From Eledone cirrhosa (Eukaryota), in assembly GCA_964016885.1 (NCBI GenBank), contig OZ024740.1, forward strand, positions 284,890,001 to 284,954,000: a DNA stretch of 64,000 nt, given 5' to 3'. How positions within the stretch are numbered: the first letter of the stretch is position 1; each line of letters begins with the position of its first letter. Position numbers and translations under genes: made by a program. Shown here in pieces: positions 41,262 to 53,904 of the stretch. Under the pieces are notes generated by a model. It had not been told where the DNA came from, did no database searches, and worked only from the letters and a program-made list of their open reading frames with translations.

Positions 41262-41958
41262 TTGAAGATAGACAGCCCATCACAAGAATAATTCAAAATA
41301 AAGTAAATGTTGAAATAAGAGAAAAATAGGATTTGGGATTCCTCCATCTGATGTTAATAAAATATGTTCGTACCAACACTACAAAAACAGTTAAATTATT
41401 TTAGATAAGAATGAATGACACACATTACGACTTCGATAAAACACGCTTTCATTCCCAGCTGCAGTAAAAGATATTTAAAACGTTCATTTCATTTATTTTG
41501 TGACTTTTATCACTCAAAGCCAATAATAGAACATTCGATAAGCTAACATATGAATGATAATAACATAAGTGTATACAATAGAGAATGTTCAGGACACAGG
41601 CTTTGATAAATGAACATCTTATGATCATGGGAGATAAATTTAACTATCAATAAACTCTGGAAGAATCATACTAGACCATAAATAAATAACACAAAAAATA
41701 TATCTCTTTTCATTAGCTTCTACCCATGCTTAAGGCATTGCTCTCATTTCTGATTCCATTAACTGATATCTTAGTATATTACAAATACTCCAAAAGTAAT
41801 TAGTGTAAAAAAAATAGACTAAGTTGATCCTGATAAGACTTAAATTAAATATTACAATGAGAATAAATGCAGACATGTATTTTTTTTTTCAACAAAAACA
41901 TATAGAGCAATGGTATGTGATATAGTATAAAGATAAATATAAAACATTGCTCACTAAC

Positions 41959-41986
41959 CTGATTTAGACTCGGGGGTTTTATCACT
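41959..41986 (-). CDS. LNPK: Lunapark probable 28-nt microexon
   Basis: Acceptor tatattccAG, donor GTTAGT. Encodes SDKTPESKS(G) and supplies the phase 0->1 shift required between flanking exons. No homology support. Confidence 0.7.
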
Positions 41987-42304
41987 CTGGAATATACAAA
42001 GAAATTATCATTAAGAAAGAATTTTATTTTTTAAAACTTTATTATTATTATTTGCATTATTAGTATACACATTTCAATTGAATTATATATCATTTACACA
42101 AACATTATCTAAACACGGGTTCATTAATTCAAATGTTTGTAGTATTTTAACTAGTGGGCAGATTATTGTGAAAATTTGCAGTATTCAAGTAAAGACTAAT
42201 TTTTAATGTGAATCAGTCATAATGCTGTTTTGTACTTTCAAGAATGTCTTGCTAACGTGGTTTCATGTGGCTCAGGATATCATTGTTGGCTGCAACATCA
42301 TCAT

Positions 42305-42533
42305 TTAACCCTTTACCATTTACATTACTCTATATATACTATTGTATTTTCACAGTAAACACTTTATCTCACATAATTATCCCACATAATATTGAATCTA
42401 TGAGATTCTGATATTGTTTATTTTGAGAACAATATCTTAATGTAGGTATGAGTGGTCGGTTACAGCCAGTTTGAACAGAAAGAGGTGAAATAATTCTGGC
42501 CGGATATGACCAGTTTAAATGCTAAAGGGTTAA
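42305..42533. mobile_element. piggyBac-type MITE family A, uninterrupted copy
   Basis: TTAA TSDs and CCCTTTA(C/G)CATTTA TIRs; interior homologous to 37354-37712 in the opposite orientation. Confidence 0.88.
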
Positions 42534-42708
42534 AATCTATTTTCCATGTTTGCGAGGGTTAGATGGGATTTCACATTATGAAACAAGTCAGGTTAGGTGA
42601 GCATATCTTTCTCATAAATTTGTATTTTGGCTTGGACATTAAAAGTGAAATATAAATTTGAATAATCTTTTATTGATCTATCAGAATTAGATGACTTCAA
42701 AAAAGTAA

Positions 42709-42931
42709 TGTTGTTGTTGTTTAGCCGCAGGTCAGCCTTGAATGAACAGACCTATGATCAAAAGAATTCCAGCTGTGGCCATCCATTCTATTTTCAAGAT
42801 ATATTGCATTTGTGACTACATTAGGCATGTGTCCTATTTTTTAAAGACAATAAATACAATGTGATATAAGAGTGATTTGGCTGTTATTTCTAGCAGGTTG
42901 TGCAACTATGGAGAAGCTCCCTTGCTGGTTC
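42709..42931 (-). repeat. Dispersed repeat with (AAC)n tail, probably a retroelement 3' end (copies at 10350-10552, 28567-28742, 9910-9975, 53575-53615)
   Basis: Recurrent TTGTTTAGCC..AGGTCAGCC..ATGATCAAA..TTCCAG and GATTTGGCTGTTATTTCTAGCAGG. Confidence 0.65.
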
Positions 42932-43025
42932 ATAAATAGTAATATAGCAGCTAGTAGTCTTAAGAGGATATGTAGTGAGGAAAGTAAAAACAGTTAATAA
43001 GAACAAAAAAGGCAATGATACATAC

Positions 43026-43112
43026 TTCTAATTTTTTAAATCTGGCAGGATCAAATTTTTCAAAAATTTCTTTAGCTACTTTGTAAGTTTCATTTTCCAG
43101 AACTTCTTCAAG
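43026..43112 (-). CDS. LNPK: Lunapark coding exon, 87 nt
   Basis: Acceptor tacttcAG, donor GTATGT. LEEVLENETYKVAKEIFEKFDPARFKKLE matches the conserved LEEVMEKETYKxAKxILERFDP block. Confidence 0.93.
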
Positions 43113-43672
43113 CTGAAGTAGAAATAAAAGTAAGAAATTACTACAATATTTTGAAATATATTCATAAACATCAGCGTTTTAATGTCCACTTTCACTGCTA
43201 GCAAGGGTTGGACAAGTCTACATAGACCAAGTCAGTACTGAAGCGGAGCCACTGATCTCCTAGATATGCCAGGGATCTGTGCCTCACTTATGTCCGGTCT
43301 CACGTTCCACCGAGTGCACGGGAGGAGTTGTCATGTCTTTGACACAACTGAGGGTCTCAATTGCAATATACACATAGTTGTGTGATGAAAAACTTAAGTT
43401 TGCAACCATGTTATTTGGACTTCAGCTAGAAATAAACAAAGCGGTTGAGTTAAGAAATATTAGAGAGATTTGAAATATATACATTCCAATGTAAATGACC
43501 ATAAAAATAGTCAATCATTATAAATAATAGCAGAGAAAATGTTTAACTCAATAGCTTTGTTTAGACACACACATATATATATATATAAACGACGATGATG
43601 ATATATATATATTGCCTGAATGTATGGTTGTAATCTAAAGAAAAAGTCCTTAATAGGTAAACATAGAAGTAA

Positions 43673-43852
43673 ATATACTACATTGTATGAAATACATGGC
43701 AAACTCGCATATAGCTTCTTAGATACTCTGAGTTTCCTGAAGTAAGTTGAAAGGATGACTTTCTGAAGGATGAATCAACTTACTTCAGGAAACTCAGAGT
43801 ATCTAAGAAGGTATACGCCAGTTTGCCATGTATTTCATACAATATAGTATAT
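43673..43852. repeat. Long inverted repeat, ~78-bp arms with a 24-nt loop
   Basis: 43673-43750 is the near-perfect reverse complement of 43775-43852. Confidence 0.95.
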
Positions 43853-44592
43853 ATATATACACACAACCATCATCACAGTTTTACATCTATTTTCCATGCT
43901 TGCATGGATTAACTAGGTTGTCATGTTCTGAGGGATCTCTCTCATACGTTTCATTTCGGCATGGCTTCTATGGTTGGATGTCCTTTCTAATGCCAACTAC
44001 TTTAGAGTGTGCACTGGGTATGTTTTATCATGACATCAACAATACCACCTAACAGAACCAGCACAACCACTTTACAGAGTGGGCTGGGTGCATTTTATCG
44101 TGGCATTAGCACTATCATTTTATAGAATAGGCTGGGTGAATTATATTGTGGCACCAGCACTGTATGAATGTATGTATGTGTGTATGTGTGTGAGTGTATG
44201 CAACTTGTTTGTGTTTATGTGACATAACTTAGCAGTTCAACAAAAAGAGATTGATAAAATAAATACCAGTCTTTAAAAAATAACATGACCACAGTCTAAC
44301 TACTGAAACCAGTAATACAGTGAAAGAATATTCATAAAAAAATATAAAGACCATGTGGTTAAAAGGTTCAGTTTACAATAAAAGTTTCAGGTGTGCAGCA
44401 ACTTTCTAATATAGTCTTGGATTATTCAATACCTTAAGAGTGAAATTGGAAAGACAGAAACTGTGCAGAGGCTCATTAGATATGTGTATGTGTGTGCATG
44501 CATGTGTATTTATGCTATTTAGCTCTATTCTTCTTATGTCCCTTTATGCCATATCAATTTCTTTTCCCTTTCCTACTGTGGTTAATATAAAT

Positions 44593-44822
44593 AGAAGCAC
44601 ATGGCCTTGTGGTAAGGGTGGTAAGACTTACAATCATAATGTTGTAGGTTCAATTCTTGGATTGGGTTGTGTGTTGTGTTCTTGAGTAAAACACTTCATT
44701 TCACATTGCTCCAGTATACTCAGTATACTCAGCTGAAAATGAGTACCAGCAATAGGTGGGGGTTTAACCTTGTGATGGACTGGCATCCTGTCCAGGGAGG
44801 AGTATAGTACTCTCAGTCGCTT
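44593..44822 (+). mobile_element. tRNA-derived SINE family 2 (second copy at 27295-27430, minus)
   Basis: Head TGGCCTTGTGGT..GGTTCAATTC, then TTGAGTAAAACACTT..TTGCTCCAGT..ATGGACTGGCATCCTGTCCAGGG. Confidence 0.7.
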
Positions 44823-45148
44823 CTGTGTTTATTACTGTAAATTACCATTGTACATTTATCAAACCAGACTCAACTTACTCTTCATTAGAATCTGTAAATC
44901 TTGAGCATGCATTTCCTTAAAGCATCATATAGACATGCTTTATATAGTTTGCCCTTTGCATGGAGTGAAAAACTAAAAGAGAGAGTTGTTCTCTTATACC
45001 AAAACCATCTCCATAGAGATAGAAAAGTAAAAATTTAGTCAACTATACTACCAATTCTTTTAATTGTTGTAATTTAGAAAATCAAACTAAAGACAAAAAA
45101 TAATCCCAATCTGAAATGAAAATTAACTACACTGAACAGAATACTTAC

Positions 45149-45189
45149 AATAGATTTTTTCTTATTTTTCAGTTCTTGAAGATCTTGCT
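45149..45189 (-). CDS. LNPK: Lunapark coding exon, 41 nt (coiled coil)
   Basis: Acceptor ttttgttttAG, donor GTAAGT. Encodes (E)QDLQELKNKKKSI, phase 1->0. Confidence 0.88.
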
Positions 45190-46468
45190 CTAAAACAAAA
45201 ACAGAAAAAGAAATGGGAGTGAGAAATTAAAGAAAAATAGAAGAGAACAAACAGCAAACTAGGTATCAGTCAGATTTCAAAAATGTTTTATCATGAATAT
45301 ATTTTAATCTGCAGCTATATAGTTAATATAAACCTTCATTCATGTTTTCTCTCCAATTCAAATACACCTTTTCAGAAACAACTGAATAATTTGACTATTA
45401 CTATATGTTCATAGAATTGGGATTAATTATATATATATCAACATACTTTAATTATTGAAGAAAAAATTAGTAATTTTTTTTCTCTTTTTTGCTATTTTCA
45501 TAATGCTAAATATCTATTCACTCAGTTATCTCTATTAGATGTTAACCCTTTAGCAATTAATTCGGCTGTATCCTGGCGAGAATTCTCTCACCTATTTCTG
45601 TTCAAACTGCCTGCTCATACTGATGTTAAGGTATTGTTCTCAAAATAAATAACATCAAAATCTTGTAGATTCAATATTATGCGAGATCATTATGTAAGAT
45701 AAAACCTTTACCACAAAAATACAATTGAACATATAGTATAATGTAAATGATTTTTCATAATCTACTTGAAGTCAACAAACTCTCACATACATGTTTTACT
45801 GGACAAAATTCCTTTATCACTTCCCACTGCATTTCAATTGACTAATTAACAAAATCTAACCATTTGCTTGTCACTTTAGTTTAACTAGGAAGAAATATTC
45901 CAAATTTCTAAATTATTTTCAATATAATCATACACATTAAACTTTTGTATTAAATAACTTGGTTATGTTATCAATGGAAAAAAAATCAAAAAAGAACTAA
46001 AGGATTTTAAAAGTATTACAAAGAAATGAATGAGAAATCCTATTTTTAAAAACCTTATAAGAATAAAAATATAGATATTCAAGCTTGATAAAATACCTTT
46101 TTTGTTGACCCTTTTGGGACCATACATCTAATGAAATACTCTCTATTTAAATTAATTAATGACGAATTTTGAGGGATTTATTAAAATTATTAATTATTAC
46201 ATTACTGAGATAATAACCTAACAAATGGTTCTTAATAAGATTTCTATTTAAAATGAGTGGTTGTTTCATAGAACCAGAGTTAGTTTTAACTGAGTTGGTA
46301 TCAAAAAGATTAAACTTGTTCAGTGGAAAAGCAATGAAAATAAGCAGATGACTCAGATTTTAACAAAAAAGAAAATAGTTGCAAAAACTTGAATACAATG
46401 TAAGTATTGCATTAATCTGTAGCCAAATATCTATTTCCTACTTCATCCTCAAAGATTATAGTTATATA

Positions 46469-47221
46469 CTAGTAGAATGGCCCGCGTTGCTCGGGATTCT
46501 AAACATAGATTGGCATGTTTATCCCTCCTTTCTGAAACAGTTTCGTCATATGTTCACCAATTGATGCAGAAGTCCTAATAAAAAGTGAAGTCACCTTGGG
46601 TGAATAGGCAAATAATTTTCCATTAAGATTTTTCAAAAGCATGTAATTGCGTTCCCTCTCTTTTTTGTTGTTGTTTTTGCTGCTATCGAGCCTCGTGAAA
46701 TAAATACGTTTGTTTATATTTTGTTATTGTGTATGCAAAAATATCTGTACATGAATATATAATTATATATATATATATAAAAATAACAGATTAAAGTTTA
46801 AGCAAAGAATCGCTGCTTTTACTCTTAACGGGATCTTCTGAAACTAAAAATATCAATCTGTGAACGCAGAAGTAAATATTTCGAAAAACGTTACACACTA
46901 TATATATACACACGCACACACTATATATACATACACACACACAGATAGCATCATAATGTTGTAATGCAGACAGTCAGACAGATATTATAAGGGCGCGACG
47001 TCGTAGCAATGTATCTATCTAAAAAGACAGACTAAGAAAAAGAGAGAGAGATCGCTAAATCACCTAATGCGGTCCCTAGGGCATTGAAAATTTGAAATAT
47101 TTTTTGCTCAAAACATTCACACGACCATAAGTATTACATGTGTAAAGTTTGAAAAAAATCGGTTGGGTGGTTCTTGCGTTTTAGGGAGTCAGACAGACAT
47201 TCTCTGTTTTAGACATATAGA
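46469..47221 (-). mobile_element. Non-autonomous Helitron
   Basis: Minus strand A|TCTATATG ... subterminal hairpin CCCGAGCAACGCGGG, then CTAG|T. No TSD, AT target, (GTCT)n near the 5' end. Confidence 0.8.
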
Positions 47222-47309
47222 TAAATATAAAATAGTGACTTTTAAAATCATTTTAGAGTTGGGAAAGTAGAGTACTTTGCGTCTAAAAGAGTTTAATACT
47301 ATATTATAC

Positions 47310-48410
47310 ACATCATATGACCATGCCAACGCAATCTCCTCACTAGCATACTGCATCTGATCCCTCTTATACCTAATTTCTCTCTTAGTTCATTTACACA
47401 TTGCTGTTCATGTATATTACTATTACACATCCATTGCAGCACACATGCTTCATTTCTTTCCAGTCTTTGTAGGTCCTTTGCACACAGTGCCCAGCTCTAC
47501 TACTATGTACCATTGCTGTTTGTATACATGCATCATACAATCTGCCCTTCATTTGAAGGGATAAACCTGTGGTAGTTAGTAGCGGTAGTAGCTCACTGAA
47601 CTTTCTCCATCCTGTTCTTACTCTGGCTAATGTACTTTCGGAACAACCTCCTGCACTGCTCATTACATCTCCTAGGTAACAAAAGAGTCAACTATTTCTA
47701 TAATACCATCTGGGTATTCGAAGGAGCAAGTGTCCTGTGGGCACTTGCTACTTACTGTACCTGAGCATCGGCCACTTATAAAGCCTACATTCTTTGATAG
47801 CCTGCCTGTGATCCCACAACATCTTTTATGTACCCATAGCTTGCATTTGGGACATAGGATGGAATGTCTACCTATTCCTTTCCTGCACACCGAGCGAGGC
47901 CATTTCCCAAAGGGGATCTGGACCCTGTTTTCCTTTCTACATCCTAGAACTTTAGTCTTTGACAAGTTAACTTTAAGATCTTTTGATTCTAGACCATACT
48001 TCTAAGTTTAGAATTTCTTCTCTTATTCTGCTATAGATTCAACTATGAGTTAGATCATCTGCATACAGAAATTCCCAGGGGCAGCCAGTCTTAAACTCTT
48101 CTGTTATAGCCTGTAGGGTAATAATAAACAGGAGAGGGCTAAGGATGGAGCCCTGGTAAACACCTACCTTACCACTAAATTCTTCACTATAGTCATTGTT
48201 AATTCTAACCTTGCTGACTGTTCCTCTATACATGGCTTGTACAGCTTTCACAAGCCACTCATCTACTCCTAGTTTTCTAAGAGCCCACCAGATAATGGTA
48301 TGGGGAAAAACTGTCAAAGCCTTTCTCCAAGTCAACAAAGGCTAAGTAGAGGGGGTTTACTTTTAGCTAGGTACTTCTCTTGCAGTTGCCTCACAAGGAA
48401 GAGGGCATCC
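47310..48410 (-). mobile_element. Decayed RTE LINE fragment
   Basis: YQGSILSP, FLYADD, Cys/His finger and WRKFSELLPLL segments. Confidence 0.9.
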
Positions 48411-48969
48411 ACTGTACTTAAAATTGCTTCATATTATTTTAATACTCTTTGTTATAATTTAAACCCCTTTTCTGTACTGACAGTATTTGGAGAGGTCCTT
48501 ACAGTTCAAATCCATATTCAGAGATACTATCCTCGTAAGTAGATTGGGACCATGTTTCACTCAAATTTTCTGTTTTACACATGATATTTACAGACGGTTG
48601 CTTTTCCTAATGCTAACTACTTTACAGAGTGTGCTGAATGGATTTTATCAAGGCACTAGCATTAGTGAGGTTACCTTGTCCTCAGCAAGACTGAAGTTTT
48701 CTCTACTCTCTGTTGTCTCTAATTGTTCATGAAAACATGATTAAGAAGGTGAAAGAAAAAGAGTAAGAAGGAAGAACCAGAGTAATAGAAGTGAAAAAGT
48801 GGTAGAGGAGAGTGTACATGGAAGAGAGCTAGACAGTTATATGCTGGTTGTAGGTAAAGTGATTGAATAGAAAACAGCATGAATGTCATAATATGGGGCA
48901 GGAAAAGAGAAAATGATGGCTACAATAAGGAAGGATGGTAGTAGAATAAAAGGAGATTATAGGAAATGA

Positions 48970-49790
48970 CAGATAGACTTTGTGTGTCACAGGAGTAGTC
49001 AGCAGAAACAGTACACAAAAAAACAAACAAACAAAAAGCCCCTCAAATGCTCAGATGATTCAGAAAAAGTATTTGATAGATTTTGCTACCTAGAGGACCT
49101 CATTAACAAGAGAGAAGGATGTACCGAAAGCACAGTAACCATGGTGAGAACTAGGTGGAAGAGGTTCAGAGAAATACTACCTCTGCAGGCAACAAACAAC
49201 TTCTCTCTCAGAGTGAAAGACACAATGTATTATACTTGTGTTTGATCTACTATATTTCATGGTAGCAAGACGTGAACTTTGAATGCAGAGGATTTGGGAT
49301 GGTTGTAAAGAAATGAAGTATGCACGCTCTGCAGGATGTGTAATGTTAGTGTGCATGAATGACAGAGCATAAATGAATTGAAGGAAAAGCTAAAAATAAG
49401 AGGAATTGAATGTAATGTGCAAGAGAGATTACTGCACTGGTATGACTGTTGTATATAGAAGTACTGAGCAGTTAATGTGTATGGTATCTGTGGAAGAGGG
49501 CAACCAAAGCAGATGTGGAACAAGTAATGAAGTCTAACCAAGTCTTTCAACTGTTCAGAAGGCACAACAGAAGTACTTATGAGAAATGGAAGTGGGTGTT
49601 GTAAGAGCATAGTAGCCAAAGTAAGGACAAGCTGGGAAAAGTTCAGAGAAGGGCAATTGTATGATGATTGTGTATGATGTGTGATACTGCATAGAAGAGA
49701 GATATGACCACTAAATAAAGGAAATATGCAAATTCTGGGAAGAAATTAGGTGATCATACTCCACAAGATGCATACAATCAGTTCATACAA
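48970..49790 (+). mobile_element. Old RTE LINE 3' fragments (partly duplicated)
   Basis: FCYLEDLI..GCTESTV..RTRWKRFREILPL; a second copy of the same segment begins near 49585. Confidence 0.75.
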
Positions 49791-49992
49791 TGGAAGTTAT
49801 TTGCTTGAAGGAAGATTAAGAAGCTTTATTATCTAGACAAGTATAAGAGTATTCATAGATAAACAAAAACATGTGTGTGAGTGTGCATGTAGCCTGACAA
49901 ATATATATATATGCATCTGTGTGTGTCACTGTATATATGATACATGAAGTTAATGATGATGGATATGAGAATAATTAAAAAGAAATACAAAC

Positions 49993-50051
49993 CATTACTG
50001 GATATCCGTTTAACATAGTACCATTGTAACACTTTCTTTACCAACCATATT
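49993..50051 (-). CDS. LNPK: Lunapark coding exon, 59 nt
   Basis: Acceptor gtcttatcAG, donor GTTTGT. Phase 2->1 joins both neighbours. Encodes (L)IWLVKKVLQWYYVKRISSN. Confidence 0.88.
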
Positions 50052-52207
50052 CTGATAAGACAAAAACATTTACTCCAGTTAGTATGGCAAATAGAATAAC
50101 CCTCCAAATTAAATAATTTAATTGCAGATAAGATCCTTATTAATTTAACAATATTATATAGCCAACTACAACTGCAAATATTGGAAGTAGTGCTAATAAA
50201 AAAACATTCAATACAAAATTATTCTCGCTAAATAAAAATAAAAAAAAAAGATAAGGAGCATATGATAAAAGCACAATACAATTTGATTGTCCAAGTTGGA
50301 TAATTAAATAAGAAATTTAAGAATATCAGCATGATTACAATTTACTATATATAATGTTATTCTCAGAGTCTGGCTGAGCTGTGAAGCTGAAATGAAGTTA
50401 AAGGAGAGTTGGGAAATGAAGGGCATCAGATTCTGAATAAAGAAGTAGACAAGTGGTTCCTAACCCAGATATCACCAAACAGGAGGCAGATAATTTTGGA
50501 AGTGAGGTAAGATGTACAAAATAATTTCAACCTTGTGAATATATAAAAACTTGCAATCAAGGTCAAGGGGCTTGGCTAATTAACTGAATAGTTGGAATAT
50601 AGACCAAAAGAAAGTTCATAGCAATTGATAAATAATTGCAAGAATGTGTTACAACTAGAGGTAAGTTCCCAGTGAACCGATTTCACAACACCAGTTCCAA
50701 TTATCAATTGTGGCTATGCCACTGTATAAGTGTGCCAATGCTCTTGGAGAGGAATAAACATTTCAACTCCATTCTACTGTGATTATAACAAACTCTGCTG
50801 GTTTGAACTTGTTATCCCTATATCTCTATCCTCTCTCCAACCTAACAAACCTAAACCCACTTGCTGCATCCATCTCTTCTCTTCCCAGCAATTCTACTAT
50901 GTCTCAACTCACTACAATCTCCATTAAATACTTTTCAAACATTTACACTTCATAACTGCATCCCTCTAGAATTCCTTATGTAACCACATTTTCCTATGAT
51001 CATTAAACTCTAGAAGTTCAGACTAATACCATTCTGTGTAAACATCACATAGAAAGACCATGGACATGACTTCATTTTAATGAACTGATTATTAAAAGAA
51101 AAAAACATATTTTCCCAACTTCATTAAGGTAATTCTTTCTCATAGACAATACTGATTACAATTATGGCAACAGAAAACAGATACTGATATGAAATTTTAT
51201 TAGTGAATAAAATGATGAATTAAACATATTTACAAGTTTAGAGGTTTGCATGAGTAATTTGGAGAAATTTTTCTGAATTCTGAAGTCCTTGTAAATGTTC
51301 AACATCATTATCATATAATGAGAGTGTTAAATATCTTTCAGCTAGGTAAACAGTTAAATGTGACAAATGTAATATGTATGTGTCAGAGTTTAAACTAATG
51401 GTTTAAACCCAAATGCTCAGACACTGCCTACAATTACTATATTACAAAAGATGGATTTTAACAAACATATCACTATCAATAATAGTAAAGGCAAATTTCT
51501 TTTGATAAGAAGTGATATCCTTAATGTACTGTATCTGATTCCAGACTGAATCACAAGGGTTCATATAGCTAGTTTCTGAAACATTCAAAAGATGTGCAAT
51601 AAATTTACCTGGAAATAATGCTGGACAATTCCAGGTATCTTTCTTTGCTAGAAGAACAAATCTCAGCACCATAAATCAATAAAAAGTTGAAGAAAGTTCC
51701 CAATGAACTGATTTTGTAACACCATTCATCATCATCACCTTCTCATTGACTTTTCCATGCTGACATGGGTAGGACAGGACATTTTGAAGCAATGTTTTAC
51801 AGTCAGGTGCCCTTCTTGGCATATCTTTTAGTTACTTCTTATGACACAAAGGGATATAGTGTAATTTATGTCATTGAATATGTGGGGCATTTAATGCCCT
51901 TGGAGAGGAACAATTTCTTCTAATGCATACCATTTCTACACTGTTGTTTGTTTGCAGCAGTGTGTTATATCATTTGCAGTATCTAATTAGAGATAAGGAA
52001 AGTTGGCTGCTGTAATGTAAGTATTTTGGCCATGGGAGGTTACAATTTAGAATGTTAAAACACCAAAGTAGATACTTTTTTGTATGTATTCTATATTTAT
52101 AGCTTCAACTACAGCTCCACAGTTTTTACAACGTTAATAAAGAAAAACCAACAACAACAACAACAATAATAATAATAATAATAACAATGATAATCTTCAA
52201 TACTTAC

Positions 52208-52395
52208 AATACAATAAACAGAATCAGTGGAAAAAAGACAAAACACCAGCCTTTCCAGTTTGTGGGCAAGTAGTAGAGAAAAATGATGATGGCAGCAAAA
52301 ATACATATGAAAAAAGAGTATAGTAGGAGACTACCAATTAACTTCTTTTGGTATTCTTGATTCTGGCGTTTAAATTGTTGAAGTTTGGTGATATT
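52208..52395 (-). CDS. LNPK: Lunapark coding exon (first found in window; coiled-coil end, TM1 and most of TM2)
   Basis: Acceptor ttatcctgcAG, donor GTAAGT, 188 nt. Translates NITKLQQFKRQNQEYQKKLIGSLLLYSFFICIFAAIIIFLYYLPTNWKGWCFVFFPLILFIV, which matches the Lunapark N-terminal region (..QKLWVGRLILYS..YLWYLP.. in vertebrates). Confidence 0.92.
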
Positions 52396-52689
52396 CTGCA
52401 GGATAAATATAACAAATAAAAACCAATTAATTAAATAATTTGGTAGGAAAAAATATATTTTCATTAATTTTCAATTACCAACTTTTTAACTCTTAAAACC
52501 ATTCTTTATTTCCATAATTAAACCATACATGGTAATTGATTTATTTTTGGATAATGAAAGAAATATATTAAAAAATTGTAACAGATTTGGTTATTTAAGG
52601 TGACAAGTCTAGACAGTGTCTCAACCATTCTTAGTGTTCTTTAATTGACACATTTCATTAACAAACGTTTTAACCTTTCTTTTTTTTAT

Positions 52690-53200
52690 TGATTTGATCT
52701 GGAGGAAGGGACTGTACTCATTGTTCTTGTATACCCTCTGAAGTTGGAGGAATCTATATAATTAATATTCCTCCTGAATAGTTTACAAGTTGATAGTTGT
52801 AGGAAAAACATGGGCAGAGAGGGAATTCCAGGGGGTGAATATTCTATAGTGGTTATTGTGGGGCCTGGAAGCAATACGTATAATAGGGGAATAAAAGATG
52901 TAAATCAAGAGTGTCTGAGACTAAGGGGCACAAAACAAGTTGGTGTCATGGAGCAAAGGCCACTAAGGACAGTTAGGAAAGCAAATTTTGAAGAGTTGCT
53001 GAGAACATTCATGGCAATTAGTCTGGTGACCTATATTTTGCATACAGCCTAGGATGTCTGAATGTGTAGTAGCAGCACTGTTCCAGATGTGGGAGCAATA
53101 CTCCATTGTCTCACATGAGCTTTGTAGAGGTTATTAATTAATGGGGCCTGAAGTATATTCTGGCCCTGAAAAGAAAAGCCAGTTTTTGTGATAAAGCTTC
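52690..53200 (-). mobile_element. CR1/Jockey-group LINE 3' fragment
   Basis: Minus-strand LYKAHVR..MEYCSHIWNS and WNSL-type remnants. A similar piece (IWNSLPEYIVP) lies at ~33140-33420. Confidence 0.6.
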
Positions 53201-53904
53201 TGTTGTGGATTTGCATTCGCTAAGAAATTTCTTCAGTGTAGTAGCCAAATCTCCTTCAAATAAATACTCTACAAATTAAAAGAAAATGATACATTGAATA
53301 ATGTAGTGCTAGATTGGGGGTGAAGAACCTCTCATCGACAGACAAAATTTTGCCACCATTCAAAATTGAAAATGTTCACTGAAATATTTTTAAAAATCCA
53401 TAAAATCAAAACAGTAATATAACATTAAGTTGCTTACCTATAAATTTGTAAAATTAAAGATGTTATAATTTACAAAAGAGATGCACCTCAAAAAATTCTT
53501 GTGCCCTTACCTCTGATACAGAAAAGGTTACACATACTATGTCTGAAAATGATGGTATGCTCTTTGATTATATGTCCACTTGATCTAGGCTGACTTGGGG
53601 TTAAACAACGGCAACACGCTTTCTCTATGTGTATTTATCATTATAAGCAATAAAGAGCTTCCCTTCTTTGGTACTATCTAAACAAAGGAAATTTCTCTGG
53701 CACTGTTAACTATTGACCTTTAACTTTAGTATCTTTAAGACATTAGAAATATTTATGAATTACTACTTTAAATTTCTGTTCCCTCAGCAACTACCACTAT
53801 CATGGTTTCCAAAAAGACAGATCTACAAGAAACATTTTCATAAGTTATGTACTATTAATTTCTTGACTTTGAGAAGTTAGAGGGGAAGTGAAACAACTGT
53901 CCAT

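Noticed and set aside
53511-53542. Candidate upstream LNPK exon (AG..GTAAGG)
   Set aside because: 32 nt with no similarity to the Lunapark N-terminus; a phase 0 reading hits a stop (ACA TAG) and the length does not fit a phase 0-0 exon.
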